NCBI GenBank assembly: GCA_030141605.1
Contig: JAQGDQ010000058.1
Span: 467,852-531,851, forward strand
DNA: 64,000 nucleotides
DNA from: Tubiluchus corallicola
Lineage: Eukaryota > Animalia > Priapulida
Direction: 5' to 3'
Made by a program: the position numbers and the translations under genes. Shown here piece by piece: positions 26,801-41,301 of this stretch (position 1 is the stretch's first letter; the number at the start of each line of letters is the position of its first letter). The notes beneath the pieces are model-generated. The model saw only the letters and a program-made list of their open reading frames with translations. It was not told where the DNA came from and searched no databases.

Positions 26801-29800
26801 GGAGGCTCAGTGAATCTACTAAGATTGGCAGTGGCGCCTTTTTGTCATATGCTCGTGGCCGACAAATAGAAGGCGGCACCGTGATAACCATAATCACGAA
26901 CTGCAGTGTTAGTCTCTGACGTCATATGATGTAGAGCCCATTTTCGTGACATCACGCGTTTAAGCACTACTGTAAACGTACGCTAACGTACTTGACGCGC
27001 AGGCGAAGATGCCAGTCATTGCACAAACTGTGGTTAGTTTCTGACGTAAGCAATAGCTGTGTTCCGTTGCCGTTAATTAACTTTCTAAGCTAATTATTCA
27101 AATATAAGAAACAATTGCTAACTTTTATAGGCAAGAAAATGTATATTTTGGACAGTAAATTAAAACGAGATTGAGTATAAACAATTATCCGGTTTTCCTT
27201 TAACTGCATAATTGCAAAGTTAAATTTGAATTGAAATTGCCAAAAACTTCACTACTAAAAACTTATTTACAATGTAGTACGAGAGTATGATATTGCATTT
27301 ACAAAGAAAATCGTTCTCCAGTCCTATAATGTTACATGTTACATCATCCTCCTGGTAGATTTTCATCTGGCAGCCGGCGAACACTTCTCCAGGTGTCCAG
27401 TTGTGTTCGCCATGAGTTACTTGAGCAAAAAGTACTTCAGTGACTTGCTAGGTCTATCCTGAAGGATTTGGTCCACAGCTCCTTATTTGAATATTCGGAG
27501 CACCCTGGCTCGTGAGCCAGGGGACCCCATCCGCCACCCGGGGGATGCGCCCGGTAGGGGTTTACTCCCCCCCCCGAGTCCTATAATAGAGGAAGAATTC
27601 ATACTGCCAGAACTTAAAATATATTGTACTAAGATATTACTAGTTTGCTTTATTCGATTTTTAAAGGAATAAACAACTTTTCTTATGATTACACAAATGT
27701 AGTAAATTAGACGAATTAATTTTGTCTTTATAGTTTATTGTTTTTCACTTTTGTCACTTACCATCTTCAAATGACCACTGACGGCAAGTAAGTGAGCAAA
27801 ATTATTCTGCTCACTTCACAACAAGCTTACACTTACATGTTGCACATGCTGTTCAGTAAGTAATATATGCTGATACACATATGCTTACATTCAAAAACCA
27901 AGTTATAAGGCAGAAAAATTGAAATCGTGCAATTGAAATTACATCATTTGGCCTATCGCTTGTTGTAATGCATTTATATTTCATTTTGGTCAAAATAACA
28001 AGTTTTTAAGTATCCAATCTCATTTAGTATAATCTCCTTCTAGTGATTTGAACAGCATACTTCAACATGTGAGCATATTTCTGTCGCACTGTTTCTTCTA
28101 GAGCACCCTGTATATAGGCTATACATATTAGAAATTGCAGTACAAATTTAAATCAATACAAATATCGTTCTAACCGACAACCTCTGATACATCAAATCGT
28201 CTAGCGCCTCGAAGCCAGAAGGAACGTAAATATTATCAATGGGTGATGAAATCAGGGCTTTTACACCAGAGGCTGGAAGCCTAATGCTAGGAGCTCTTCG
28301 TATTTTTTGAGCTCTAATATTCAGCGTCTAGGGTCTGTTCCTCTACTAGACAATGACAGCTGGGCTTGCGAATTATTACAAATAAATAGCGTAAAAAGAG
28401 AGCAATGCAAAAATAAAGTTAATATGGTCCATTTTTGTTTTCCCGCGAAGACACAGAAATTATTTTAGACGCCAGAATTATTTTAGGAATAGAATGTTGT
28501 TAGGAATAGATGCTGGAAGCCAGACGCTTGACGCTTTGGTGTGCCATATACCATTATTTGACCTATTTATGTACCTATGAATCAGATTCAATTCGACATT
28601 ACATTATCATTACGACCATTTTACTTTGTCACCTCTTTTGGAGAGAAATTGTTCATGTAAAATACATGGTATGTATACGTGCATGCTAATAATATGCTTT
28701 TGAATGTGGGAATTGGCATGTCAAAGACCAATGAACAGTACTGTAATATACTATAAATGCCATGGATAAACTTATAGCAGTTTGCGAGTTCACAGTCCAG
28801 TTACCGAACTTTACACTATTATTAATTTAGTACTATTTGGACCTGGCATAGTGTCACATTTAGAAACGTACATTACAATCAGATCAGGAAGCAAAAGTGC
28901 TGGTTCAGAACACTAACCAAGTGGCGCTCCAACCTGACGTGTCCTATTAAAATAAAAAAAGTAATATGCCTTGCAACCTGCCTTGTACCTAATAGCACTC
29001 TGTTTGTACGCTGATCATAAGACCGCTGTGGTTGTGTGTAGATAATTAATGGTTGTTTGAACAGCAACAGAATCAATATAAAAATGTCAAATATAAACTA
29101 AGTCAATTTGTACTCGGTCATTTTGTGTTCAATCTGACGACGTGCTAGTAGAAAGTTGGTCCAGTTTCGCGAAAAATATTTTGCGGCTCAATAATAGTAA
29201 GCGAAAAGAGCTAAAAGCGAAATTACCAGCGCTTAACATAAGCAAAATGATTTTTCATAATAGTAAAAGTTATATTTACATTGATCATTTTGAAAATGTT
29301 TGACTCCAACCAGTCTATTTTAAATTTTTGTTTGGTTTTTGTACAAGAAACGAAAATAAACGAAATATTTTGCAGTAGCAAATTACTATATGACACCGAA
29401 ATTAGGAAATGGACCTAAAAGTCTCATAATGTATGTCACAACATAACTTTACGAACGAACAGTCAGTTATTAAACGACTAAAATATTTAAACAAACTATG
29501 ATTTTCATGCATTATTAATGCAAAGACTAGATTTGTTCGTAGAAATTCGGGTAAAGGAACTGAGAAATGGTGAAAATTGCGTGCTCGAACTTGGCGCTTT
29601 ATAGATTTTAGCAAAATTATAATTAATATTTGTAAGTTATTGTCAACGATCGTAGGCTTGGAATTATTACAAAAGTTTCTTCGCTGAATGCGACGAAACT
29701 TAATTAAACGGTGGTCTGTGCAGGGATACAAAAAGAACTTATTGAGATTAGAATAACTAACTAAGCAGCTGCAGGTTCTTTTCATTTTTGCTATCAATCG

Positions 29801-30526
29801 AATATTGATTTTGCAGTACAATGATGATATAATTATTCCATTTATAAATGAAAATTGCACAGCGATGTGAGTAAAAGCAGTTAGGTACATACAATTACCA
29901 GTTAACTTTAGTGAATTACTCAGTTAATCATGGCATTTAATTAGTCTGCCATTTAGCAAATAAAATAAATCAGTCAGTCTTTCGCGTAGTTTGCCAGTCA
30001 CTCATTCAGTCAATCAGTCAGTAAGTCAGTATTACATGTTAGCACTACAAGACGTAACATAAAAAATTAACCACATTTAGCTCAAACATCAACACGGGAT
30101 TATAGCTAAATTTAATAATAAAGAACTCTTAATTCATAATACAAATTTAACAGGAAAAGAAATTGGCTCATCCCTAATCACTACCCATTATGCAATTTGT
30201 ATTCAAGCAGCGTCATTTATCTGTGTGGCCCGTCACACCAAAAAACTGCCCACACCCAGATATGAACACGTCTGACAGTTCACTAGATATAACGTTCCAC
30301 CAACACTACAAAAATTGAGCAACACTAGAACGGCCGTATGCCAGCAACTTCACAAACCACCAAGATGGTTGCCACTACACCATCTCCCATCCAGATCGTA
30401 TCAGTCCTTCGTAGACCACATTATCTCATCAAGAGTGTCATATTAAGTTCAGAACACTAACCTATATAACAAGACCTAAAAGTACCTACTTACTTATCGT
30501 AGATAATAACTACATTACTGCAATAA

Positions 30527-30594
30527 CAATCATTAATACAGAATCATTAATACAGAATCATTAATACAGAATCATTAATGCAGAATCATTAATG
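30527..30594. repeat. 14-bp tandem repeat (aatcattaatacag) x~5
   Basis: Directly visible. Confidence 0.8.
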
Positions 30595-31219
30595 TACACG
30601 ACATTAATCACTAGTCCTCATTTACAACAGTCAGCCAATCAACCAGTCAGTCAGTTAGTTAGTTAATTAGTTACTCACTGCTAAACTGACACATTGATGG
30701 ACTTACTGGTAGACCAGCCAACTACCAAACATGCTTATTAATTAACACGCGTGCCTGGCAATGACCAGTAACCCACTCCATGACTAATTAGCTCACTACT
30801 TTCTGATTGCCTGACTAAATAATTGGCTAACTATTAATACTGATTCACACATCCAGGGACATGACTACGTTCACCTCTTATGGCAAAACATCCTACTTTC
30901 TGCAATGGTTCAAGTGCTTCTATTTCTAAGCATCGGTGTTGAACTGGTTAGACCTTTCTGTGCACAATCTAAATATGTTAACGTCTGTGCCTCCTATAGG
31001 TTTTCCAGCTGTTTTCTAGCTTGTTGAAAAATACCATTATCATCAGGTAATCTAACCATAGGACGTCTTCAACAGCGCTTTTATCATCTGTGTATGTTTG
31101 TATCATATTATATATTCTGTGCTTAAATGTCAGGATACAATAATTGTCCATCTTTAACTGCACCCAAGATGAGACAGTTTTCACATTTAGGCATGTGTCA
31201 TTTTCGTGAAATATAAGAG

Positions 31220-31650
31220 TCATCTACCTACCTAGGTTTCCTTGATGGCTGAGATGGATTCAGGAAAGCTTTAATAAGTGGACTTTCTTACGGCAATTTC
31301 AGAGCCTGATCTACCCAATTAAGTCTTCTGTTCCTGATCTTCATGTTCCATTTTCTTCATTGACTTTGTAGTATAAATGTTTGGTATCTCTAATTTTTGC
31401 CGATTTTATCTCCAACAATGATCCGCATAAACGTCTTTGAGAAGCATCAATCTCCAGTTGATTATTTACTTTCAAGCCCCTAATTCCGAATTACACACAA
31501 AGAAGGAAGTGTTGAATATGCTAAGTTTGCAGCTTACACTAGAATTTTTGTTCCTGGAGATATTTTTAAGCTTTTGAAAATCCACTAATGCCAACATGTC
31601 TCTTCTTTTGATACCTCCTTCTGTGCCTAACTGACAGCCAAAACATGTTC
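31220..31650 (-). mobile_element. Decayed RTE-like LINE, 3' part of RT ORF
   Basis: Broken minus-strand translation: IKRR..LA...FQKLKNI..KLSIFN...NSE...IDA.QRR...KIRNRRLNWV...LKLP.ESP...KPRGR-like. This resembles the post-RT C-terminus of RTE-clade LINEs; stops and frameshifts are present. Confidence 0.55.
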
Positions 31651-31669
31651 ATTTCTTCCATATCTTTGC

Positions 31670-31992
31670 CGTACAAAGTGATCATTTTTAAAGCATCGTA
31701 CAATGTGACAGTTATCATTTCAAAGAAATATACACTGTGACAGTAATCATTTTCGAAGTTTTGTACAGTGTGACAGTGATCATCTTAAAAATATTGTTCA
31801 ATGTGAAAGTGATCATTTTCGAAGTGTTGTTGTAGAGTGTGAAAGAAATCATCTTCAAAATATTGTACAATGTGATAATGATCATTTTCAAAGTATTGTA
31901 CAATGTGACGGTGATCATTTTCAAAGTGTTATACGATGTGATAGTGATCATTTGCAGAGTGTTGTACAATGTGACAGGGATCACTTTCAAAC
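31670..31992. repeat. Degenerate 33-bp tandem repeat, ~10 copies
   Basis: Consensus gtgatcattttcaaagtgttgtacaatgtgaca recurs every 33 nt, giving 11-aa periodic ORFs on both strands. Confidence 0.85.
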
Positions 31993-34552
31993 TACCGTGC
32001 AGCGAAATAGTTGCCATCGAGATTTAAAGAAGCCCGCCGGTACGCTTTTAACATTTCAAAGTAGTAACTTTGTGGAAGTAAGGAACCTCTTCTGCTATCG
32101 GATTTTCACTGCAATTAGGGTTTTCAAAACTGGGCAAAACTGCGTTAGTATCAATAGAATACTGTATACAACATAAAACTGTATACTGTATTCAAGATAA
32201 ATAACATATGACATGCGTGTGAGAGTTGCTTAGTTTCTCAAATTTGTTTAAAAGGGCAATGCACTAAATATGTTAATATGTTTCAAAAATAAAAATTGAT
32301 TTGATCAAACACTTTATAGTATACGAAAGCTCTTTATTTTGAATAATTGCCTTAATCGTAAAATATTAAAACGAATTAAATCATTTTAGAGTTTTGAAAA
32401 TAAAATAAAAAAGTTTTTTTATGAAAATTATATCGTTTTGTGCCTTTTAAAGAACAGACTTATTGCAATATTTTTTGTGTAAGAAACAAAACAAAAAACA
32501 TACGGCGTTATTTTTTAATATATGCCTCACGTGTGAAGGCATTAGAACAATTATTTCCAAGCTATAATTTGGTAAAATAGAAAACATACAATTTTGTCTT
32601 TCGTTTAGACTGTATTTGTCCGCAACTACATGGCATTAATACGCAACAGTATTCCTCGCGCCGCTTATTTTAGACCCCGCCCTTTGCTGAAGCACAGTTT
32701 TTCCTCCGTAAAATTTGATTGTAAAAATAATCATTCGAATGGCGGAATATAAATAACTGCATGTATTTCTTCGCCACAACAAACAAAGCAACCAAAATAG
32801 TCGGTTGTACGAAAAAGAGACAGGTTACATAGACCCTACATGACCATTGGAGATCTATATATATATACATGTAGATGTCACATTGAACAAATGACACACA
32901 ATTTACACTAGCGTGACTGTTAGTAATTTCCTTGACAGACAGACAAATAAATCGAAGCAAACAGTTTCAATAATGGCATGTTTTGCAGTGCAACATCAGC
33001 TTAGGGGTGTAAATTTCACTATTAAAAACACGAAGTCCTGAAGCCCGGTGCATTTTGCAAATAGTCTGTCGACATAGTACAACAAAATGTTCATGGCTTT
33101 ATACCCAAGGTCGTCGATTGCTGACAGATAGTCAAAAAAGACCGTGTACTGTGCCAATTAGTTGCATGATTGCATATTTATGTTATGATCATTTGATAAC
33201 ATATGACATATATTACAACCAGGTGGGTTCTGATTTATCGTAATATGTTTTATCAATAAGTCTCACGTAAAGTTAAAGTAATTTAACGTTGAGGCACTTT
33301 GACCTTTATCCATCCAAAATTATACTTTTTGATCGACTTTCAAACATTATTAGTAGCTCGTGTGAGTCTACGTGATAATGAGGTTTAGCATTTCGGTTCA
33401 GATTACTTTACAAAAGTTAAGTTTTTTATTTTAACGGTCGGTGATTTAGGCATAAAACTGGATTGGAGTTATCATTATATATGCAAATGTTTCGACAAAA
33501 GAACAACGACAATAATAGTATATGGCCATACGACACTATCTACAAAAGAACGAGTCAGGTTAGAAACAGAGAAGTTTGGTAGTGACGGGCTTCGTAAGGT
33601 TCATGCAATGCTACGTAGGTGCAGGATAGTAGTAGTTACTTTGCTGCACCTCTGCGTTTGGACTTCTGACATCTGAGATACCAGGCAAGGAGTATGAAAA
33701 TACAAAATGAAATGTGAGCAGAACTTTACAAAGGTGAAGTTTCTATTCATTGGCGATGTCGTTTAAAATGTTTTCCATTTATTCAAAGCGTCGTGATTCA
33801 TTAGTAACTAGACGCTTCCAACAGTAAATTCCCTTGTGTGTGTGGGGGGGGGGGTTGTGTTTCAATAAAAATTTCCGAACAAGTTTCTTTCTCAGTTTAA
33901 TAATCTTCAGAAACATTTGAATTAAGACACTGATTGGGCGTGAGGTAGGCAAATTAACAATGTCAATATTAAAGGCTACCCACTAGGACGTGCATGTGTG
34001 AATGCAGTGAACGCAGCGATAGTTTCGCAAACAAATCCTTGCAAGTTTGCATGAATATTTAAAAGGTTTATAGCAGGTGTAATTGTTACGCAAACACTGA
34101 GATTACAACGCTTTCATAATAGTCACGAGAGCTACAAGTTCATTTAATTACATTTTAATTAGGTTACGTCAATTGTTACCCTGATTAATTAAGTATGAGT
34201 AATAATATGAGTATGAGTCAAATGAAATATGTGTAAAGTTAGAAACATGTTCACAGATTTGGTTATTACTTGGATGGGTGACAAATTACTGTTGATCAGT
34301 GTCCATGAGTCATTATGGGAGCATACAGCAAAACTGCATTGGTTTAAGTGGACATGTAGTGGACAGTGAATTACATGTAGAGATGACACTGTAAGGACAA
34401 TCTTTGAAAGTAAATGCCGATTTTGCTGCACTTCGTCCAAAACAGTTAAAGAGAATTCTCTTATCACTGTGCTGATGTTTCTCAAATGCTTCTCAACATT
34501 TTAATCAAACAAATTTTGTCTGTATTTATATAACACAATAAGTTATTTAAGG

Positions 34553-35060
34553 CAGGGGTGTGCAAATTGCGGCCCGCGGGCCACTTGCGGCCCGCCGAGA
34601 GAATTTGTGCGGCCCGTGAAGAGATTTGTCAACCTAATGAAAGTGCGGCCCGGGCGATTAATTGAGTGTATCCAGCTGAAGTTCGTGCCACAATCCCAAA
34701 GATAGTGCGGGTAGTTTTTCTACTAAATCGGAAGCCATTAACCCTTGCAAGACGGTTGTAGCTTAATGTCACTGTACTACACAGACTTTGTGTTACACAT
34801 TACTAATATACATTGTAATGAAATTACCGCTATCTGTCCTGAAAGTAGAAATATATGGTTTTGTAATATAAATTTTAATAACTTCTAAAATAGTTTCTTG
34901 GGTGTAGTGGAGCAGTAGTAATGATGTGCGCAAATCGGATGCAAAAAAATCGTTATTAGATCCTACTGTAGTTGGCTCCTTGACCAAACTGCATGCAGCC
35001 CACAGCAATTGCGGGAAAGTTTAATGTGGCCCGGCTAGTCAGATAATTTGCACACCCCTG
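34553..35060. mobile_element. Non-autonomous hAT transposon (MITE)
   Basis: 16-bp TIRs CAGGGGTGTGCAAATT / AATTTGCACACCCCTG, perfect 8-bp TSD ATTTAAGG (34545-34552 and 35061-35068), and subterminal GCGGCCCG repeats. Confidence 0.92.
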
Positions 35061-37260
35061 ATTTAAGGGCACTAGACAAGGCGTTAGCGCAAGGGCATTA
35101 TTTCCTTCAGTCAGTCAGACGAGAATCATGGTAATTTTCCCCGTTGTGCAAATTGGCAAAATTAATTTTTTTTAGAATATTTTAACAACAATATTGCTGT
35201 ATTGGCTTTATAGTACTACTACAATCAGTTCTTTAATTAGAAACCTCTTCAGTCTGATTAGTTCTTCTGGTCTTAACAGGTGTTATGTAAGCTCCGATAC
35301 GTGAAATACTCATTCAGACGAAATAAATGAATGACTAGCTTACAATAATGGAATCTGAATTTTTTGTTCGTGTACTTGAAACGTGCTCTTGACCAAATCT
35401 ACCTGGCTTTTCTATTATTAGCAGGTAGCTTGAAGCTACGTATGATACCAGATACAATTATTGATTGTGTTAACCGGAAACACAGATTGGGCCTATTATA
35501 ATTTTGCATATAACACGTTTATATTCTACATATAAATACCTAATAAATAACTATCCTACGTATACGTCAATAAAATAAAGTAATAACAGGCAGATAGAAA
35601 TTTGTTAAGGAAGATTACCAAAATAAACGTTCTAAAGAAAAATATTGCACACACATATACATAAAATTCATGAAATTTCAACCGCTCTCGTTAAAAGACG
35701 AAGAAGCGTAATGAGAATGCAGTTTAAAAAATGATAGAAGCAGCTACCAAAGTACTGAATACTATATTATAGAAAATATGACTGATGTTCATAAAAACGT
35801 CAAACGTTAATTATGAATGGCACACTTGCTTTTACTCAAACAGAGAACAACTTACCCCTTTGTTCGTCAGGTCATGATTAGGTGTAAAATACTAAAATAT
35901 GTTGCATGTATTTCTTTAGAAATAATGCTTTTTCTAATGTTGTCTTACCTTTTACTGGCTTGTTTTCAGGCTCCGACTGTAGGTGCTTTTCTTCTCTAAA
36001 TCTTCTATCATTTAAGGAATGTTATTTTGCACAGCGCATTATATAGGTAGCGCGAGTCCTATCACAATCACGCGCCACTTTTGTCATAATTCTGTACGTC
36101 TAAACATCAAAACTATTATTCCAAAGCAAAAAAATCCCATAAAATATTCCAACGCGTGTTTTTCTAAACATCAAACGCTCCATTTCGTAAAAGCACATTT
36201 ATAGACTTACATTTGAATTCGAAAAATGTGGCATCAATAAAAAAGAAAATCTGAAAGCTTAGTCTGACGCAATTATGGCTCAAAATACTAAGAAGAATTT
36301 TTCGGCAATTTCTGTGTAGAATCTCTTGCACGTCCAATGACCAAGCGTTTCCCGATCACTAATCGATCCCGCGTAATGCAGCTTCTTTAACTGACGCGTG
36401 TGGCTTCGCAAGTAATGTTGATGCAATGTGATATGAATGGATAAGTGACAGCTATTAAAATAATACAAACTCTTGTTTACGTGCACTACATTATTTATTA
36501 GCAATAAGGCTCAGTAAGTGCTGTAAAAGCTGGGAGATTTTTGCGTAGTATATTATTAAAAAATAATTAATACGTTTAGCTTTGTCTTGCATAACACGTT
36601 TCTTGTTTCAAAACTAGTGACGCCCTCTACAAGCAGACCTAATACGAGACAGGGGAACTTTAAATATGTCTCATGTGACCATAATTATGAACGCACAGGC
36701 TATAAGGAAGTTCTACGTCATTAAATGTTTAAAACGTTTAGTATAAGTAATATTACATCAATTGTCTCATAATCAAAAGAGTACCTGTTGAAAAAAATCG
36801 AGTCTCCGGAAAAGGGGTCATTTTTTGGGATTAGTCCCTGAACTCTAAACAAGATTAAAATCCGCCTGGAATTCGAGAGTAAGTTTGCATTATATCACTT
36901 GTCACACGGCATCAAAACTCAGGATATCTCGAAGGTGGGTTAATCCGTCCTGCTTGAATAAGTATTATTGAGTGAGGTGATAAAGTATTTAAGTATCAAA
37001 CTATACGACGGATATTCGATTCGATGGATACAACTATTCGATACCAGTTGTATTGAACTGCACTGATTACCCATTTTTTGGAGATCATTTATCAATAAAT
37101 CGCGCAGTTAAACAGAAATAAGCTGAGTGTCTCTGCAAATCTGTGTGTGTTTCTATAACAATAATAATAGACAACTTTGTTAGTTGCAACAACAAAATTT
37201 GCGGCTACAATAAAGAATACACTAGCTTCGCTATACCAGTACCAAACAGGTGCAAAAATA

Positions 37261-37521
37261 CAGGGTGTTGCAAAAGAAAGAATTCCTAAGAAATGTTATA
37301 GCCATACCAATGTGCAAAAGAAACAACGCCTTAACAAATGCTATAAAAATACCAATATTACACCGGACATACCACATTGTATGGTACGAAGCTTTCAATT
37401 ACGCAAATGTAATACAAGGCAGAAGTCCAATCTCATTTTGGAAGATTTTTTGTTTGATTTTGTCAGCATATTTTATCATATATTAGCATATTTCTATTAC
37501 ACCATTTTTTGGAACGCCCCG
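37261..37521. mobile_element. Tc1/mariner-type MITE (degenerate)
   Basis: TA|CAGGGTGTTGCAAAA ... TTTTGGAACGCCCCG|TA: imperfect TIRs flanked by TA. Confidence 0.55.
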
Positions 37522-38980
37522 TACAAGAAATCTTATATTCAGAAGTGTTAAACAATAAACAGAAATATGTTTCATGCAAAGTCAGTCGATAGATAGTACA
37601 GAGACGCACGCCTAGTATCCGCTTTTTTATTTGAATTAAGTACAGAATTAATAGTCTGATTCACATCTTTCATATTCCATTAACAGCGCGAAAACTAAAA
37701 TGGGAAGATAATGTGGAGATTTTCTTTCATATAATATTTCAGTTTCAAAAAGGTTTGTAGTTTGCTTAGTTAGGTTGAGTACAACTAGGGCCTATTTCAC
37801 ACATAGAACGCAAGGAAAGTCTCGCATGCAAATCGTTGTCAGAAAATCTGGAGAAACCGAACGGTTTTTTTCCTGCGTCCAGATAGCTCCAGCATTCAGT
37901 GCTTTTACAGTTGCAATTTATAGAACTTATAATTAACGGATTTTATCAATAGTAGACTTGCTCATTTTTAGAGTAAAATCTATTAACCACGTTACATTTT
38001 GAGAATATAAATATAAGATAATTATATGTATATGTTCACAAATATAAGCATCTGTATTGAAATAATAAAACAAAAAATCCTCTACACGATAAGATTGATT
38101 AAAAACTTGTAATTTGTGCAGAAATTATGATAATTGTTGTTCGTTAAATGAGAAAGAAGTAATTAAGCAGTTAAATTTTAATATAACTTCCCTGAGTAAT
38201 CCTCACGAAAATGAAACATGCTCCGCTTTTGTCAAGCGGCAAATTTTCTAATAAAGAGGGAACATAGCTTCTAGCTCGTAGCAGTATTTCTCGCGAGAAA
38301 AACCTCGAGGAAAATTTCTCGTGACTCATGAGACATGAAGCATCAGTATGAAACGCTCCTTATAAAACTAGTATTTGGCATGTAGGCCCAAGAGCTATTA
38401 ACGACAGCAGCACCTCTTATATTATGTTCACTACACCGTTTGTAAATTGTTTTGCAGCTTACACCAATAACACTTCAAATTATTCAGGTCGTACTTTAAG
38501 ACAATGTACTGTAAGACAGAGTAGTTTAGACGACCCCAGCACGTACGAAGAATAGAATATTCTCCTCAGAACTCACCAAGTACGTAAAGGTCTGCTTACC
38601 AATTTACTGTGTACCGGTAAACGACATAAATGGTAAACATTGGATATGCTTCTCTTCAGGCTTTCGCTACGTGGCAAAGGAGGCAAAGCTGCTCTGTGGT
38701 TAATCTTAATTTAAGATTATATCTGTGGTTTTATACAATTACGTACAATTAGATATTATTTACATTGTATATATTTCGCCCTCCCTTCTCTCTCACTTGC
38801 GTCTGCGCGATTTTGCACGAAACAAGCAGCAGTAGCCATTGTTGGTAAGTCATTTATCGATCCAATTAATCGATTGGATCGAGCCATCAGTTGCCCAACG
38901 AATGAATTGGCTGACCGACTGATCAACAGATCCGTCACCGACAGAACGATCACCTAAGCAACCAACAAACTAACGAAATG

Positions 38981-39368
<388 letters not shown>

Positions 39369-40634
39369 TTCAAAATATCGATCAATTAGACTATCAATCA
39401 ACCATACCATTATCATTGTCATCGTCATCTGCATCATTATGTTATGCTCGCGCAAGCAAAACAAATCGTTTGTGAATGTAAGCTGCTGAATGGAAGCAAT
39501 TTACTCTACTCTGCATTATCTATTGCTACCTTATTCATGTAGACTTGTTGCTGCATGGCATAGGTAGATTATTAGTCTGTGTTATTTGTATCGGCGTCGG
39601 TTTTTGTAAAGGAAACTATTCTATTATTAATGCACGCAATCAGAAGCGATTACATTTTGATGCGCTGTGGTACAATCAATCAATATTTTCTCTTCATCTT
39701 TAATTTCCTCGCAAGACGCTGGGTTACTGCGCATGCGTCTGTTACTGAGACTTACGATCACCCTTTATAATGTGTCATAATTTATGGCCAATAATTTTAT
39801 TATAATAATAATTTACTTAAATATCTTATGGCATGCTATTTTGCCCCACGTGTTTCTTTGTTCTTCCTCTTGCTCCTCGCTCACTTTTTTGTTTGTTCAC
39901 CCGTCCGTTTATTCGTTCACTCACCCGTTCGTGTGTCATATTTTTATATGTTTTTATTCGTTTTTCTGATTTAAATTATTCGCTCATTCGTTTTTTTTTA
40001 ATTTTAAGTGTTCTCTATATGCTGCAGACGTTCAAAATAATATTTTAGAACTGGGATTGCCATCTGTTGACAAAGAAAAGAAAGTATCTTAACCACTATT
40101 AGCCAGTGAAGTTTGCGACTTCGTACTGGAATTCACTTTCAGGTTCACAACAGATTTAAGTGAAGTCCTAGGGAGTGTATTATTATGAAAACTCTACTTT
40201 CCAACACATATGCCATCTGTTAACATGAAATAGCATAAATCGTCATAATTTTTTCAACGCACAATAAATACAAGCTTATTTGAGCATTAATTAACATATT
40301 ACCAAATGAATGAATTAAGAAATGACAAAGAAAGAAGAAAGAATTCAAGGAACAACAAACAAATAAACAAACAAACAAATTAACGAATAAAATACGTATA
40401 TGTACAATTGCGTAATTTTCTAAGCCCCTGCATAAATTTCGTTGGAGTGGCAAAGTTAGTGAACCAGAGAGTGAATGTCTGATAGAACAAATAAACGAGC
40501 GAACGAATACATGGATCTATGAATAGGCACAAGAACGTGCAAATAAACAAACGCATGACTGATTAATTTAAAAAATAATTCAACGATCGAATAAATGAAC
40601 AAAATCAAATGAATGCCACAATTTGATAGCTTAC

Positions 40635-41301
40635 CTCTAGATCTTTCAACCGCTTCCAAAGCAAATGTCTCTAAATCTGGCTTGTGTTCGTCTGAATCGT
40701 ACGGGAAAATTCCCGGGGGTGGAAATGTTCCTGCCTGTTTCTGCATCTGGCGGATCAATGCTTGACCTTGCAATCTGGAGATCTTTTTACCATCGTCATA
40801 GATGATTGATATATGTTCCCATTGAAATTCTGCCATAATCGCGAAAAAAATCTCCAAAAAGTTCTCTTGGTTGTAGGAAAGTCTAGATAGCAATGGATAC
40901 TTGTATTTTTTCGCTAGCAAGTCGCCAACTCCAGTAATCATTGGAATTTTAAAAAAGGAAGACAGATAGCCAACAGGCGTAATATCGCTACTGCAACTAG
41001 GGCCAACAAGCACAGACACATTAAATTTGTAAATTAATTCTGTTGCCCCTCCTGCGGCATATATTTCGTCACACGATTTGCCGTTTATAGTTTGATAATA
41101 GTACAATTTCGTGGTATAATTCACGTTGTACCTGCTGAGCGAATAATTGATCGCTAGATCGATAGATGCCGCCACCTCCTCGCCATCGAAATTAGCATTG
41201 GAGCTTCTCACTAGCAGTATACCCATTCTGGAGTGAATGTACCCTGTGACGAACTGTCCCACAAACAACAGCGCAGAGCTGATTATAGAAATCACTTTCA
41301 T
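40635..41301 (-). CDS. Variable cassette V6 (most distal)
   Basis: ATG 41301, signal peptide MKVISIISSALLFVGQFVTG, motifs SIDLAI, SCDE, VGPSCS, YPLLSRL, FQWEH. 667 nt = 222 codons + 1; donor TCT AGA G|gtaagc. Confidence 0.9.
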